This document shows positions 24,001-37,225 of a DNA stretch of 64,000 nt, one piece after another. Below the pieces are notes generated by a model, which saw only the letters and a program-made list of their open reading frames with translations, was not told the origin of the DNA and did no database searches. The stretch spans positions 272,003-336,002 of the forward strand of contig RHPI01000773.1 in the NCBI GenBank assembly GCA_009103225.1. The letters are read 5' to 3'. Numbering within the stretch: position 1 is the stretch's first letter; every line of letters starts with the position of its first letter. A program made the position numbers and the translations under genes. The DNA is from Chlorokybus atmophyticus (lineage: Eukaryota; Plantae; Mesostigma and Chlorokybus algae).

Positions 24001-26650
24001 AGTGCGCTGCTGTTTGATGCCATCATTAGCTGACCACTGCGTTACAGGCTTGCCTGCACCAGTTAGTGTCAGCCATGTTGGTCCCAGATGCGAAAGTGCG
24101 AGAAACGGTGCACACAGTTTTTGGAGTGCTGATCACGCGAAGGTCAATGCCAATGAAGCAGCGCTCGTTCAAGTCCACTTCCATCGCTGCACAGGCTGCC
24201 ACACACTTTGCTGGCCGATTGAAAGGGAACTGGAAAGACCTCATGCACAACACACCACGCGGGCGCGGCTCTGCAGGGAACGAAGATGATTTAAGCAATC
24301 AGGCCTCCACCAGTGGCAGTGGCTTCGGTGGCGTGCATAGAAGCTTCACCATTGCAGGTCAGGTGCGACGGTCACAGGATAACGAGGACGAGTTTCAACC
24401 AGCTGTCTCACAGCTGGACACGTCAAGTGAGTGTCTTCCCACAATCTTCACTATTTTTCCTGTTTGGTCTTCATTGGGTGGTGGTTCACTCCTCCTTGCT
24501 ACAGATGACCTGAATGACGGCGTCAGAGCCAGCTTTGAGATAGACTCTGCTGTGAGGAGTATGCAGGAGCAGTCTCAATCCTCTGACCAACACAACAGGC
24601 AGTTTTTCTCTGTGGTCACTGAGCCTGTCGGCCATGCGAAGAGGCCGAGCATGGAAGCCATGCCAGTCATGCGAGTGGAATCCGTCGCTGTTGGTAGAGA
24701 CAAAGGGCACAAAGAGCACGAGAAGGATCGTGAAAAGGGAGAAACCAGCAAGCAGCACAGGTGGAAGAGCCTCGCTGCTTCGCTTCCTGCATCCAATGAC
24801 GCTGGTTTGCTCAAGAACTCGCAGGTATGCGACGAATAACCAGTTCTGTCCGCCATATGTGGGATGGACACAGGTTGGTTTTGCAAACGAGTGTCTGTGT
24901 TACACCGAATTGCTCCGGTCCCTACAGGCGGGACTGCTGCTTTCAGCACTATGGTTGCAAGCACTGATGACGGATAACCAGCCTGGTAACTATGCCAGCT
25001 TGGTGACAACATTCAACCTGGTCCTCACATACTCCAGAACAAAGACTATTCTGCGCGCTGTGCCTCTGGCCTTGTTGATACGGCAACGGGCATTGTTTCC
25101 TCCAGAGTCTGCAGAGCTACCAGCGTTCCGTTGCCGCTCGCTGCTAGCAGTTTCGCACGCCATGCTGCGGTGTGTTGCTCGGCACTATGCAGTGCCGCCT
25201 GTCGTGGCAACCAAAGAGGAAGCCGACATGTTACAGGTTTGTACCTTTGGCGGTTGGTGCATCAGGGCTGGTTTGATTGTTGCACTGCAGTGTGCTGTCA
25301 GGACAAGGGCAGTGCTGTGTTGAGCTCACTACAATACTCTGCAGGTTTGTCCTTACCTGATTGCAACAGAGAAAGGTATGGAACCCTCGCCGGCAGCATC
25401 AGAGAGCAGGAGTGGGTATGGAGGTGCTGACGATGCCGCCAAAGCTGTACGTGTTTAACAATGGCAGGGAGCAGTGCTGTGTGGCAGGAGACTATTCTGC
25501 AAGTAGTCTTAGCATACTTGTTGTTGACAGGATGCGCTCATGGAAAAGATTCGTAGTGGGGACAACGAGGCCCATGCAAGTTTTGCCGTCACTACAATCA
25601 TTGATGCCTTGTGTACCACAGTTTCTTTGCAGAAGGTGGGGTCTAGTACAAGCGACCGTGCTACTTGCAACATTTATCAGACGGCTAATGCTGCCTGTGC
25701 CAGGAGTTTGGGGAGGATAACTTGCAGAAGGCGCTGTTTCAACCATTTGAGCCCGATGATTCGTATATTCTTCGAAGGCCATTAAGTGCAGCCAATCGTC
25801 TTCCTTCCTCGAGCGCTTTTCCTGCACCCGGCAGGTTGTCTAGCGGCAATCTGGAATCTCTGGGATATGCAGACAAGTCTGCGGGACTTGTATTGCTACC
25901 GGCATCAGAAATTCTAAATCAGGTGAAGTTATGAACGGATTTGCGTCGTGGGGGGTCTGCTTTGATTGTTGTGAGCAGCTATGTTGACCCGAGTGTGGTT
26001 GTGCGCAATGCAGTCAAAGGCTGGCATGCCTCTTACGGAAACATCCAGCCCAGTCGTTTCACCAATGGCTGGGACCTCCTACACTGAAATGCTTGAGAAG
26101 GTCACAACCTTTGGAACAACATACCGTGAAACACTGCAGGTACTCGTTGATTGCCATCTGGTGTCTTGCACACAATGTGTGTCGCTAGTTTGCCACAAGT
26201 TTTGTTGTGTCTGGGCTGAATGGCCTGTGATTGCATTTCCAGACTGTGCTACACGGGGCTCCACCAGCCCGCGCGGTCAAGGAAAATGGGCATGCGGATC
26301 ATACACTGCTCCCAATTAGGACCAAAGTACTCACTGATGTACGACCGCAAACCATCACCACACATGATGCCGAGACTCTCAGGTCTCAAGGTAATGGCGA
26401 AGAGGAGTCCTCGCCCACCAGTTCCTACCACTCTGCCGATGAGGCTTCGCCAACAGGATCCACTCGCAGCGACAGATGGAACCAATTGAAGATTGTGCCG
26501 CCATTGCAGGAAACATCCCTCGCAGACATTTCATCGCTGAATAATAATTCGCGCATGTCAACTCCCCCGGACACCCCTCCTTCAGCACCTCTCCCTCGTC
26601 TGCCACCAACCTCAGCATACGACGCGTTCCGCCTTGCTGCTGGTTGTTGA
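21034..26650 (+). CDS. EFR3: EFR3 / SEMI-ROLLED LEAF 2-like ARM-repeat protein (multi-exon)
   Basis: PVKRYKMLVSDVFP and RKISKLCDYAQKNP at the N-terminus. The C-terminus RLPPTSAYDAFRLAAGC* resembles the plant family ending. GT-AG introns. Confidence 0.85.
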
Positions 26651-28080
26651 TAGCAGACCTTCTGAACTTTTACAAAAAATGCGAAACGGAAATGCAAATG
26701 CACAGTGGCATGCACAGTCAGCAGCATGCAGAGTGACATAGCGCATACCACCAACACCATTGTAAGGTTGACCACGGGCTTCATTCACTACCTAACACGC
26801 TACACTACCCTACCACCCCGTCAGCCATGTAAGCATGCATATACGTATGCATTCACCTGCACAATGGCCGTTGTGCAGCCTGTGCAACTTATGTGGTTGC
26901 TATCAGAGGCGTTCCGTGTATGTGGCGCTGTTCTATGTGTGCAGTTGTAGTGGGGCTCTGCCATACCGGGAAGAAACACAAAATAAAGAAAGCGCAAAGC
27001 GTTACACTTTAGATTGGCAGGAAGCATTCGTAATGCGTGTTAAATTCACAAGCTGAAGCAGCTGATGAATGCAAGCATGTAAACACAGCAAGTCAAAAGA
27101 AAGTTACCTTGCGCATAGTTGAAGAACGCAAAGCCGGCCGACCAGGGAATGCAAGCCGACCACAATGCACAAAAAAGCGTGCAACAAAACTCAAGTAATA
27201 TGACGAGGACTAGGCCTTGGTAGGCCTAGTATGGAAGCAAGTAGCACAAAGGGCTGGTCGCTAACCAAGCGCCGTGCTGCAGGTGATTCACTTGGACATT
27301 GGCATGTTGTGTGATTTACGGGGAAGGCCAATGGAGTAGTAATAGTGTAGATAGTATAGCCCGGTGGTGGATTATATAGCATATTATGTTGTATGTGCGG
27401 GTTGTGAATGTCACCTTGTGCGTGATTGTGATTTACACTCCTTGCATGCAGTATATGAGGCTTAAAAGTTTTGTACACTCAATGGGGCAGGTAGTTGTAG
27501 TGAAGTAGCTGCTTGCTTACCACGTAGTACTAGCCCAATGGTCACACACCGGCAGTGTGATAATGTGCATGATCAAACATGTAAGCCACATGTTTGATGA
27601 ACGTAATCTTGTGTATTATGTATGCACATCATAAAATACAAGGGCCATTAGTCATCGCAATGCACACAGTAAACACAAGCACATTTATAACAAACAACAA
27701 GGCAAAAACCTGCATGCATATGTTGAAATGTATATACAACGACTTGTGTCCATTTATGCGTATACATGTATTTAACGTACCTGTAAATGCAAAACGCTAT
27801 ACATTATAATATGCATAAATATATAAATATAATATACATAATACATAATATATATATATATATATAACTAAGCGTTTTTATGAATGAGAACTTTGTATGG
27901 ATATGGGCGCGTGTGGAATGTTGCTTGGCAGTATGTTACGCACAACTTAAGCGTGCATATTTGCACTCTTGAGCTTTATGACTTACATAACGCATATACC
28001 TGCATTAATGCAAGGCCACGCATGTGAAGTTTACAAACATGTCTCATGTATCATGGTATGCATGAGATTGAACCGAGAAA

Positions 28081-28213
28081 CAGGGGGTTTCGCCAATGAC
28101 CAGAATCGAAGGCTTCTGGTCTGGCGAAACCCCTGGCGAAACCGTAATGTATTACGTACACTGCCCCGTTGTACCTATCGGTTCAGTCTGAACCAATAGG
28201 TACAACGGAGCAG
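28081..28213. repeat. Two adjacent long hairpins
   Basis: 28081-28135 has a (GGGGTTTCGCCA)+(GACCAGAA) stem. 28161-28213 has a 26-bp stem with 2 mismatches and a 1-nt loop. Confidence 0.85.
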
Positions 28214-28241
28214 ATTTGCGCAGCAACTTGAACAACCGGTA

Positions 28242-28766
28242 CCGTATTTACCCCGTCAGAGTCCCCCCCTTTTTATGCACTCCCCCCCTTGATTTTGCTG
28301 GGGGCGAATCTATTCGGGGGGGATTCTATTTGGGGGGCCTATCTTACGACGGGGGGGACTCTATTGTGTAGCAGAAGCCGTCGAGTTTCAGTATATAACT
28401 TGCGTATATCTGGTAACGCGACTACTTCATTAGCGCTTATGTGATGAATGAAGTGAATACTATCAAATTGAAGGGCTAATATAAACAACCATAACACTTA
28501 GTATGCGTAATTACATATAGTTTATCAATCAATACTCTTATTCCAAACATAACAGTACTTCTGTCCGCTTTAAGGGGGACACAAATAGGGAGGGGGACTA
28601 TAATATCCGAATACAGTCCCCCCCCCCTAAATATGTCAAGGGGGATTGTATACGGGGGGGGGGGGGGGNNNNNNNNNNNNNNNNNNNNNNNNNNNNNNNN
28701 NNNNNNNNNNNNNNNNNNGGTGGGGGGGGGGGCGGGGGGGGGGGGACTCTGACGGGGTAAATACGG
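28242..28766. mobile_element. MITE with CCGTATTT termini and TA TSD (Tc1/mariner superfamily, Tc2/pogo-like)
   Basis: A perfect TIR CCGTATTTACCCCGTCAGAGTCCCCCC occurs at both ends, with TA at 28240-28241 and 28767-28768. There is an internal N-gap and no ORF. Confidence 0.9.
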
Positions 28767-28823
28767 TAGTCGTTGATTAACTAACCACGTCTTAATACCG
28801 GTAGTCGTTCTTTAATTGCGATC

Positions 28824-29025
28824 ATGGGTTTAGCTAACTCGATTACGTCAGTTTTCCCGCATATAGTTTGAATGTAAACTGCGCTTACCTTACAAGAAAC
28901 CAATTTGTTAGCTCCAAAGTCAATATGGGTTTAGATAACTCGATTACGTTTGTTTTCTCGCATATAATTTAAACGTAAACTGAGCAAACCTTGCAAGAAA
29001 CCAGTTGGTTAGCTTCAAAGTCAAT
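28824..29025. repeat. Diverged 101-bp tandem duplication
   Basis: 28824-28924 matches 28925-29025, both running ATGGGTTTAG...CAAAGTCAAT. Confidence 0.85.
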
Positions 29026-29269
29026 GAATTATATACCATTTACAGATGAGTTTTAACTATCACATTGCACAAAACCCCTGAGTAACTAGTGCGGTCGAGA
29101 GTTGGCTCGCAGCTTTCCGCAAGCCTTGCTATAATCGTCGGCGGTGGCGTGCTTGTTTAAGGCGCATGAGCCCTGGTGGTGGAGTCTGGTCTTGTAGACA
29201 TGAGGGCCGCAAGGTCATATACGGCGGGCTTGCTGCGAGCGCGCAACTAGCTGAATGCCCGCAGGAGCT

Positions 29270-29831
29270 ATGGCCTCTGCCTCATGGGGTTCCGAGCTAG
29301 AAGAGACTGGCGTCGGCGAGAACGGTCGCAGTGACAATGGCAATGGGGAATCGCTAGGGAGGTGTTTTTGGATATGCATGTGGCCAGTATGCCTAGCGAG
29401 TTATTGCCGATGATGTTCTTCGTGCGTTGTTTGTGTGCTTGCTCTCTCTCCCTCTCTCCCTCCCTCCCTTCCGCCCTATTGCTGTGCTTTTTTCCTTATT
29501 GCTATGTGGATAGACAAGCATAGCGGTGGTCATGAGATGATCAAGCAGTCAAGCTGTTAAGTGCACATTTGATACACGCCGCTAGCTAACCCCTTTTTTT
29601 GTTTGTTATATATATTATTCTCATTGATGTGCGTCTGCAATAGCATGCTTGCCAGCAGCTGGCTATCATTGTTGTTCACAGCCATTTTTGTCTTTGCTGG
29701 TGCTGTGTAAGATGTTAGTCCTGTGTAGTGTTTGCTGATAAACCCTACACAAAAATTTGTCAGCAACAAGCATTTGTGCGTAGTTGCATAAACAGCTCCC
29801 AATAGTTGTTGCCGCCATTAATTAATGTATG

Positions 29832-29892
<61 letters not shown>

Positions 29893-30651
29893 NCAAAGCG
29901 GCCCTGCTGATGTGCTTGCTTCCCTGTTGCTGTGTGAATAGACAAGCATAGCGGTGCAGGAGTGCTCAAGTAACGAGGCTGTTAGCTAACCCCAGGGTGG
30001 TGGTTGGCAGTAGTCAAATGGTTTACCCCATATGGCAAAACCTAAAAGAACTCCAATCCAACGTGTCATCCCCCAAATCCAACGTGTCATCCTGTCAATC
30101 ACGTATGTCAAAGCTCGAGGACGGAGTGAGTAGTCTCCGTAGCACCCAAGACGATGCCAAAGGTAAAGACTTTGAAGCCGAGGTTAAAGCAAGACCGGAG
30201 TATTTCTCGAAGATCGTAGTGGCCAATGTGTTTCAGCACGTTACGACAGCAGAGTTGGACAAATATTCTGTGGCTGAGCGGCACCAGCGATTTGAGAACG
30301 ACGTTGAGTGGAAGAGGTGGCGGGATGTGGTTTATGAGGTGACGCTGCTGGATATGGACTTCAGCAGCTCTGTTTCCGCGGATTTACCCTTTGGCGCGGT
30401 GGCTAAAGAGCGCGCGGCCACAACATCCATGCGTCAGCGCCCCTGCATTTATAGCAATAGAAGCATCAGTTACACTCGGTATGCCAGATGTCGTCCGCAC
30501 TGACGAGCGCGCCACCGCACTGCAGCTGCTTCTTCCCTACATGCCATACAACGCCGTCGTACCGGTGGCGCTTGGAAAGCGAGGTGAGTACGACGCCAAG
30601 GAAGCCAAGATGCGCGGTGTCGTCGCCGTCACCAACCGTCATGTGCGGTAG
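29270..30651 (+). pseudogene. Coiled-coil plus PD-(D/E)xK-like nuclease gene, one intron, one frameshift
   Basis: Exon 29270-29361 splices in frame (GT...CTAAC-CCCAG) to 29996. A heptad region is followed by KGKDFE..EYFSK, ADL, then in the +1 frame IEASV..DVVRTDERATAL..VVPVALG. Confidence 0.6.
29832..29892. repeat. (CT)n microsatellite
   Basis: About 60 nt of CT dinucleotide. Confidence 0.95.
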
Positions 30652-31920
30652 ATAAGTGCGTAGTCAGGCTTGTTCAGCTCGCGTAGAATAGTGTGTAATA
30701 CACAGAATGCAAGGATTGTGGCATGCATGAGAGAGTGACATACACATGCATGAAGGTGTGACACACACATGCATGAGCAGTCTACTCACCACATCATGAA
30801 GCACTCTCATTAACCACAGGGCTGCTAACCTAGCTGCTACCTACCTTCTCTACTGCCCATACCCCATTAAACATGCATGCATGCAGGCGTGCGTGCGTCC
30901 TCACCTGCACATGCGCCTTGGTCAGCGGTCTTCTTGCAGCAGCAGCGGCCACACCAGCAGCAGGCCTCAACGGACTCCCCCTCCCGCTTCACCCACACCC
31001 CCGCCGCCATCTCCGCAAGCCTCATACTGCCGTCTTGTCAACTGCCGTCTTAGGGTTTTGTCGGTACACGCACGCATGCATGCCTGCTATGCTGACTGCT
31101 GTGCTAATTGACTGACTGCTGAGCTGACAGTGCACTAACGTGATATGTCAAGTGCTGTCGCTCAGAATGCCAGTGTCTCATCTGACTCAGCAAAGTGTCC
31201 GTTGGGCCAGCCATTGTATCGCTACTGCTCCTGCTGGCGGCGGGTGTTACAACAAGAGGCTGTAAAGACCAGCACGCCATAACCTAGCCTGCTGCGCCCC
31301 TCACGCACAGCACAATACAGCATCCCGCTCACCCCCTCGCCTAACCTCCCTTGCCTGCTGCTGCTGCTGCTACCTGCTGGTCGCTTCTACAACTACGCTG
31401 ACACCAGCCCCGCTGTTGCTCAGGTCTGCCCTGCCTTGCCTTGCCTTACACCTGCTGTGCTGCTACTGCCCCGCCCCACCTCTCCGCCCACCACCACCAG
31501 CATACGCACGTAGCTAGTGCACATAGCCTTGCCCTTGCCCTTGTAATTCAGTCCTTGCTGGTGTGCCTGTTGGTGTGCTGGCTGGTGTGCTTGCTGGTGC
31601 CTTACATTGTGTTGCAATTGTTGGAAAGCCTATGCATGTACTGCAGGCATGGACACTCCCTCGGCGGCGGTGCATGTCGTGGCTGTGTAATTGTTGCATT
31701 CTGTGGTGCATTGTATAGTAGATTTGTCGTGTGGCATTCTTTTGGTGGTGTTGCTTAACACAGCGAAATGATCATCTATGGCCATGTATGGACTACCTGT
31801 TTGCTTGGCCGTGTGGTTGGGGCTGCACCGCCCTGTTTTTGTATAAAAGTGTAGCCCACAAAACACGCACAATCATCAAGACGCAACTTTTGCACTCCAC
31901 TACTGCAGCTCCACCTAATA

Positions 31921-34914
31921 TCACCGTGATGGAGTTCTAGAAGATGTCTGCACAGCATCGGCTGCATTGGTCCTGTTTTTGACGCTACTACCGTTCCCGG
32001 CCCTCCAAGTGCCACGACGTGTGACATCATCGCCGCTAACTTCAACTGTCAACGCTTGCCGCTGCTGTTGCTGTTGTTGCTGTTGTTGCTGCTGCTTCTG
32101 TTGCTGCAGTTGCTTCAACTCTTCATGCACACGTGACATCCGCTGCGTCGGACGCAAAAAGTACCGGGGACTCTCGGCCCCCTCACTCCGCCACGCCCGC
32201 ACACCCAACGGCAACCCCGCATCTACAACAAGACATGTCCGGTAAGTCTCTAACCACACAAGCACACATCCACACCTAGTCCAACTCTCCATCCACTCAC
32301 CAAACACGGGTGTTTTTTCCTCCACCTCTGGTTCGCAGCTCACTCTGCGGTTGTTAGCATCCATCTGGCCACTACTGGCCAATCTGAGTGAGGCGAGCGG
32401 CGGGGGTGGCGGGAGCACGAGGGTGGTGGGTGGTAAAGGAAGAGTGGGCGCAGGACCGGGAGTAGGGGAAGAGGGAGGTGAGAGTTGTTGGAGGGAACCT
32501 TGTCGCGCTGGTGTTGGTGTACGGGCCCGGCTGGCTGGCGTGGTTGGAAGCGGTGGATCATCCGCCACAACGGGCTCCCAACCGCCCTCAACCTCCAACG
32601 GAATCCACGCTGCCTGCGAGACAAAGGTGCATGAGTACTTGCATGCGCGCAAGCTTGTGCTTGTGTATACATCTGTACATGCACACCGGGCCAATGCGCA
32701 CAAATACGCATGCACCGACGCGCCCACGCACATGCACGCACACTTGTGTTGTACACGCGTATCTGCGTATGCACGCATGCACACATACATCCATGCAACC
32801 ATCAACCACCGTACTTGGGCAATCTGCGCAAGTCTGTCTCCCAGCATTTCCAGCGTGGCGACGGCGGCAGCAGGGCCATCGAGCGGGGCGGCCGCAACCG
32901 GGCTCAGCGCACCGTTGTTGCCGCCGCTGCCAGTGCTGATCGCGAGCGCCATGCTTTGTGACCGACCCATACGCGAGTTTGGGATGTACCGCTGCTTTGT
33001 CGGCCTGGTACATGCATGCGTGAGTTAGTGAGTGTCATCTGTCTGATTGCACACATGCGCGCGCGCACTTACACAAACACACTAATGCACACGCTTGCAC
33101 GATTGCACACACGCGGCAACGCATGCATGCGCACGCATGCACCTATGCGCGCTCACGCTCGCGCTCACACTCACGCACACACCAGGTTCATTTCAATCCT
33201 CCTTACTCACTTGATCAGTTGTGTGTTGGCGGCGGGTACCTCCAAGGCCTTCACTGCCGGAGAGTTGATCGTAATCCAGAGCGCATCAGGTGGGTCTATC
33301 GACAGTGAGCGCAATATGCCATCTACGCTCATCTGCACGAATCAACCAGTTAGTTGACCGCTGGATAGGTGATGGAGTGGTCAGGACAGAGAATTGATAA
33401 CTTGCCTGTAGGCAGTGAACCAGCAAGACCGATGCGTGAAGCTCAGCCTGAAGCTTGTCACGCTTTCTTTCTGAAGCTTGAACGCGGTTCTCAAGCGAGT
33501 CAAACCTGTGGGCATGTTTGTGCGTATGGGTGCGCGTGTGCGTGCGTGTCACAATGCACTGATTCACACAGGGTGAGTCAAGCAAACAGTCTCATGTGAT
33601 CCCAGTGTTGGCTTACTCGTTCCATCGGAAGCGCTTGTCGTAGCCGTTGTGAAGCACGTCGGCGTGGAGGGCTTTGAGCTGCCTCTGCTGAGTGCGGAGG
33701 TTGGCCACAGCGGCCTCACTCGACGCCACACTTGCCTGCGCACACACATGGAACAAAAGTCAACTTATGGTCAATAGGAACTACTGACTCTCACCTCCTG
33801 TGCGTAAGGAAGATCTCACGCATGCGTGCACACAACATACACACTCATGTACTTTGAACAATTTCTTACAGTCACTCAGTAACTCAGAGTCACACACACT
33901 CACTTGAAGTTCTGATCGGGTTTGAAACCGCTCAAAAAAGGCGTTGAGGACTTCGTTTGTGTCACTGCAACACAGGTGTATTGTGTGAGTAAGATTGTCC
34001 ATCTAGTCAGCATGCATGGGCTTGTGTGCATAACATACGTTAAGCCGGTAATGGCTTGAATCCTGATAGCATATCGCTGCAGTTTAACCGCCTGCTCGCG
34101 GGTCTCTTGGCTTATGACCTCGTGCACCACGTTGCCCTGACCATAACCATCACCGTTAACATACTCTCGTGTATGTTGATTGGGGGCCCTTCTATTTTCC
34201 ATATGCTCTCTCACACAGCAGCCCAACTTTGCAATGTCCTCACTTGTTGAGTCATCATGATGCTGGCTTTCATGGCCTTGATGCGTTCGCGGTTCGTCCG
34301 CTCTATACGCGCGTGCCTTCTCTGCGCAGCCTCGGCCTTGCTCGCAGCCAACCTTGCCTGAACATGACACGGGGTACACCACACCAATCAGTTGTGGGTG
34401 CAAACGCGGAAGCATGTGCGCGCAACACTCCGACATGTGTGTGCAAGTGGGTGTGTGCGCTGGCGTGCATGTGTGTATACATGTGCACACGTGTGTGCGC
34501 ATGCGTGCATGCGCATATGCGTGCACATGCGCTAGTGAGAAGCTCATCCCACATCAGCATTGCTATAGAATCAACACCTTTGACATCACTCGGGCCTTGC
34601 GCTCATGCAACTCCTCCATCTTCTCCAGTTTCTGCTGCGCCAGTGCCCACCGCAATGCCTTGAGCTCCTGCAAGAGGTGGTCCCAAGTTTGAGTGACTAG
34701 CATGCCCTTGACACGCTGTTGTGTGACACCCACCCACCATCACACCCACACCCACATGCCAACACTTCACCTGTTCCGCTGCTTCTTGCGCGCTCGTGCC
34801 CTCGGCCTGCCGCGCCCACGCCAGCCGTATCTGCTCGACCATGTGTTCGCACGCCGACCGCGCCGTCGCCAACCGCAGCTCAGAGTGCGCTCGCGCCCTC
34901 TACAAGAAGGTTGT

Positions 34915-34945
<31 letters not shown>

Positions 34946-36690
34946 CATGTATGCGTGCGTAACACCAACATTATCCTACCTGTATCCGGTGTTGTACATG
35001 CACCGCCGTCTGCGCGAAAGCGTTCTCCCGCTGCAGAGCGTCGCACGCCTCCTCGAGCGCCTCCTCCGCCTCGGCGCGCCTGGCCTCCGACTCCTCCGCC
35101 TTCACCTCCTCCGCTTCCAAGGCCTGACCCTCAGCCTGGACCTGCATGTGGTTGTTGGAAGTGGTGTCATATATGTTGTTATGTGTGTGTGGGTGTTTAC
35201 CATCATGCGAAGTTCTTCCAGAGCGGCCTCCTTGTTGCGGACCTCGGCGAGGAGACCGTTGAGCTCCTGAGAGAGATCGAACACCGTCGCTGTGCATATG
35301 CTCGCCTCCTCCTCCGCCACCTGCAATGAACCAAAGAATCAGTCAATGAACAACTGAGTGTGCGTGCATGTGTGCGTGCACGTGCACGTTCATGTTTGTA
35401 CTTCCAGTCGCAGTCAAGTCCTTGAATGAGGCACTGTGCTCTCACCTGTCCCATAACCTTCCTTTCTTGCCAAGCTTGCATGCTCGCCAGCTTGTTCTGT
35501 CATTATCATCACCCCAAACTTCAGATCAACACTCACGCACAAAGCCACCCAACAACCGACCCAACACCATGCAAACAACGAACACACGCAAGCACCACAC
35601 CTGGAGCTTCGCCTCATAGTCCTCATGCGTGTTATTCCTGAACCCACTCCCAACACTCCCGGGATGGGACTCGTCCCCGGAGAAGAAGCTGTCGACGGAG
35701 TCCCGCCTCGACAGCTGGCGCAACTGGGTGCGTTCGGGACTCTGTCGGGGACGGGTCTGGGAACTGGGCCTGGGCCTGGGCTTGGAATGGGAACGGGACT
35801 GGGACTGGAAGGAGCTCTGGGCTGATGGGGGAGAGGGTGACCTGTTCTGGGAACGGCTATGGGAACGGGTCTGGGACCTGGAGTTTTGGGCAGCATGACG
35901 GGTGGGTATGTTTGAAAATGAGTGAGTGCTGTTGTGTATAGTAGAGGAGTAGGCATTGGCGAAGCGTGTGTATAACTTTGCTGACCTGGGTTTGGGTTTG
36001 CTGGCGAAGGGGTGTATTGGGAGTGAACGGATGCCGCTGTAGGAGGTGGACGGCCTTTCCATGTGATCCACCCTGACACACGAGAGACGCTTGTAAGGAG
36101 TTGCAAGAAACGCACAAACGCACACACGTACACAAGCACAAGCACAGTTTGTGCTTGCAGACTTCTCCACAAGGGTCACCCTCACATCAGTACACACACG
36201 TACGGGACACTGAGTGACAAGCATACATACACATGAACGCACACACACTACCATGTTGGTGTTTTGTCTCACCCAAAACTGACATGGGAGTCATCATAGC
36301 CGGCTTCCAGGAACCCCATTGCCGATGCAGATCGGATGTTGAATGGTGAGGTATAACCCACCCCACCTCCATGTTGGTCGCTATCACCATCAAAAACTCC
36401 CACTCTGTCACCACTACTATTGCTATTGATGCTGCTCCTCACCACATGTGTTGACTCTAACAGCGGCCCGCCTGCACCCATAACAGGCCAGCAGGGGGCC
36501 TGACAACCCAAGCGAGTACTACTGTCTATCCCATACTTCAAGACATAGACTCTCACGTGTTCAGGTGTGGAGTTGAAACTCAATCATCTCCAGTCATGAG
36601 CCAGTCCAGCACTAAGCCAGCTGCCATGACAGACATGATGACGCACACAAACAGCTCAGCCAGCACAGTCCTCTTCGTCGCCTCCATCTT
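31921..36690 (-). CDS. Large multi-exon protein of unknown function with coiled-coil, Ser/Arg-rich and poly-Q segments
   Basis: Exon-like ORF pieces read HEDYEAKLQ, VAEEEAS...ELNGLLAEVRNKEAALEELRMM, QAEGQALEAEE...EALEEA and a poly-Q run at ~32060-32110. Both ends are uncertain. Confidence 0.5.
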
Positions 36691-37136
36691 GGACTGATAC
36701 TCTACACTGAACTGACACGCTTTCACTGAGGCTGGCAGGAACAGTGCAAGGAAGCTTGCGTGTGTATGCTTATGTGTCTATCTCTCTGTGTGTGCGTTCT
36801 TATGTGTGGCTCACTCTGAGTTGCTCTCTGTTTGCGGCGGCAAAGCTGTACGTGACTCCAAGGCGAGTCTGCGCTGGACTGCTCCCACTCCTGACACGTG
36901 TCGGGATGGCCAATTTGACGACGCGGTCACGTGAGGCAGGCACAATCCGTGTCGGTCAATCCGGTTTCAAATTGTCAGCTGATGCCAATAGTCGGCATAC
37001 AACGCGTCTACGCCGACGACTGACTGTGCAGACTGCAGGCCAATCAACCATTGTGGCTGCAGGCGTTCGCTAAGCTGTTTGCGGGTCTTTGGTGGGAATG
37101 TTGGCTAAGACCGGCGTTGGGGGTTTGCTGGCGGCG

Positions 37137-37144
37137 AAACCCTA
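37137..37144 (+). promoter_or_regulatory. Telo-box (AAACCCTA) upstream of RPL15
   Basis: Exact AAACCCTA about 80 nt before the ATG, followed by a pyrimidine CTCTTT stretch. This is a known element of plant ribosomal-protein genes. Confidence 0.6.
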
Positions 37145-37225
37145 ATCTAGGTCTCTTTGGCCACCGCCGCCGCCGCGGGGTCGTCGTGGGCGTGGGCGGC
37201 GCGGGGCTCGCGGGAGGCGGCCACC

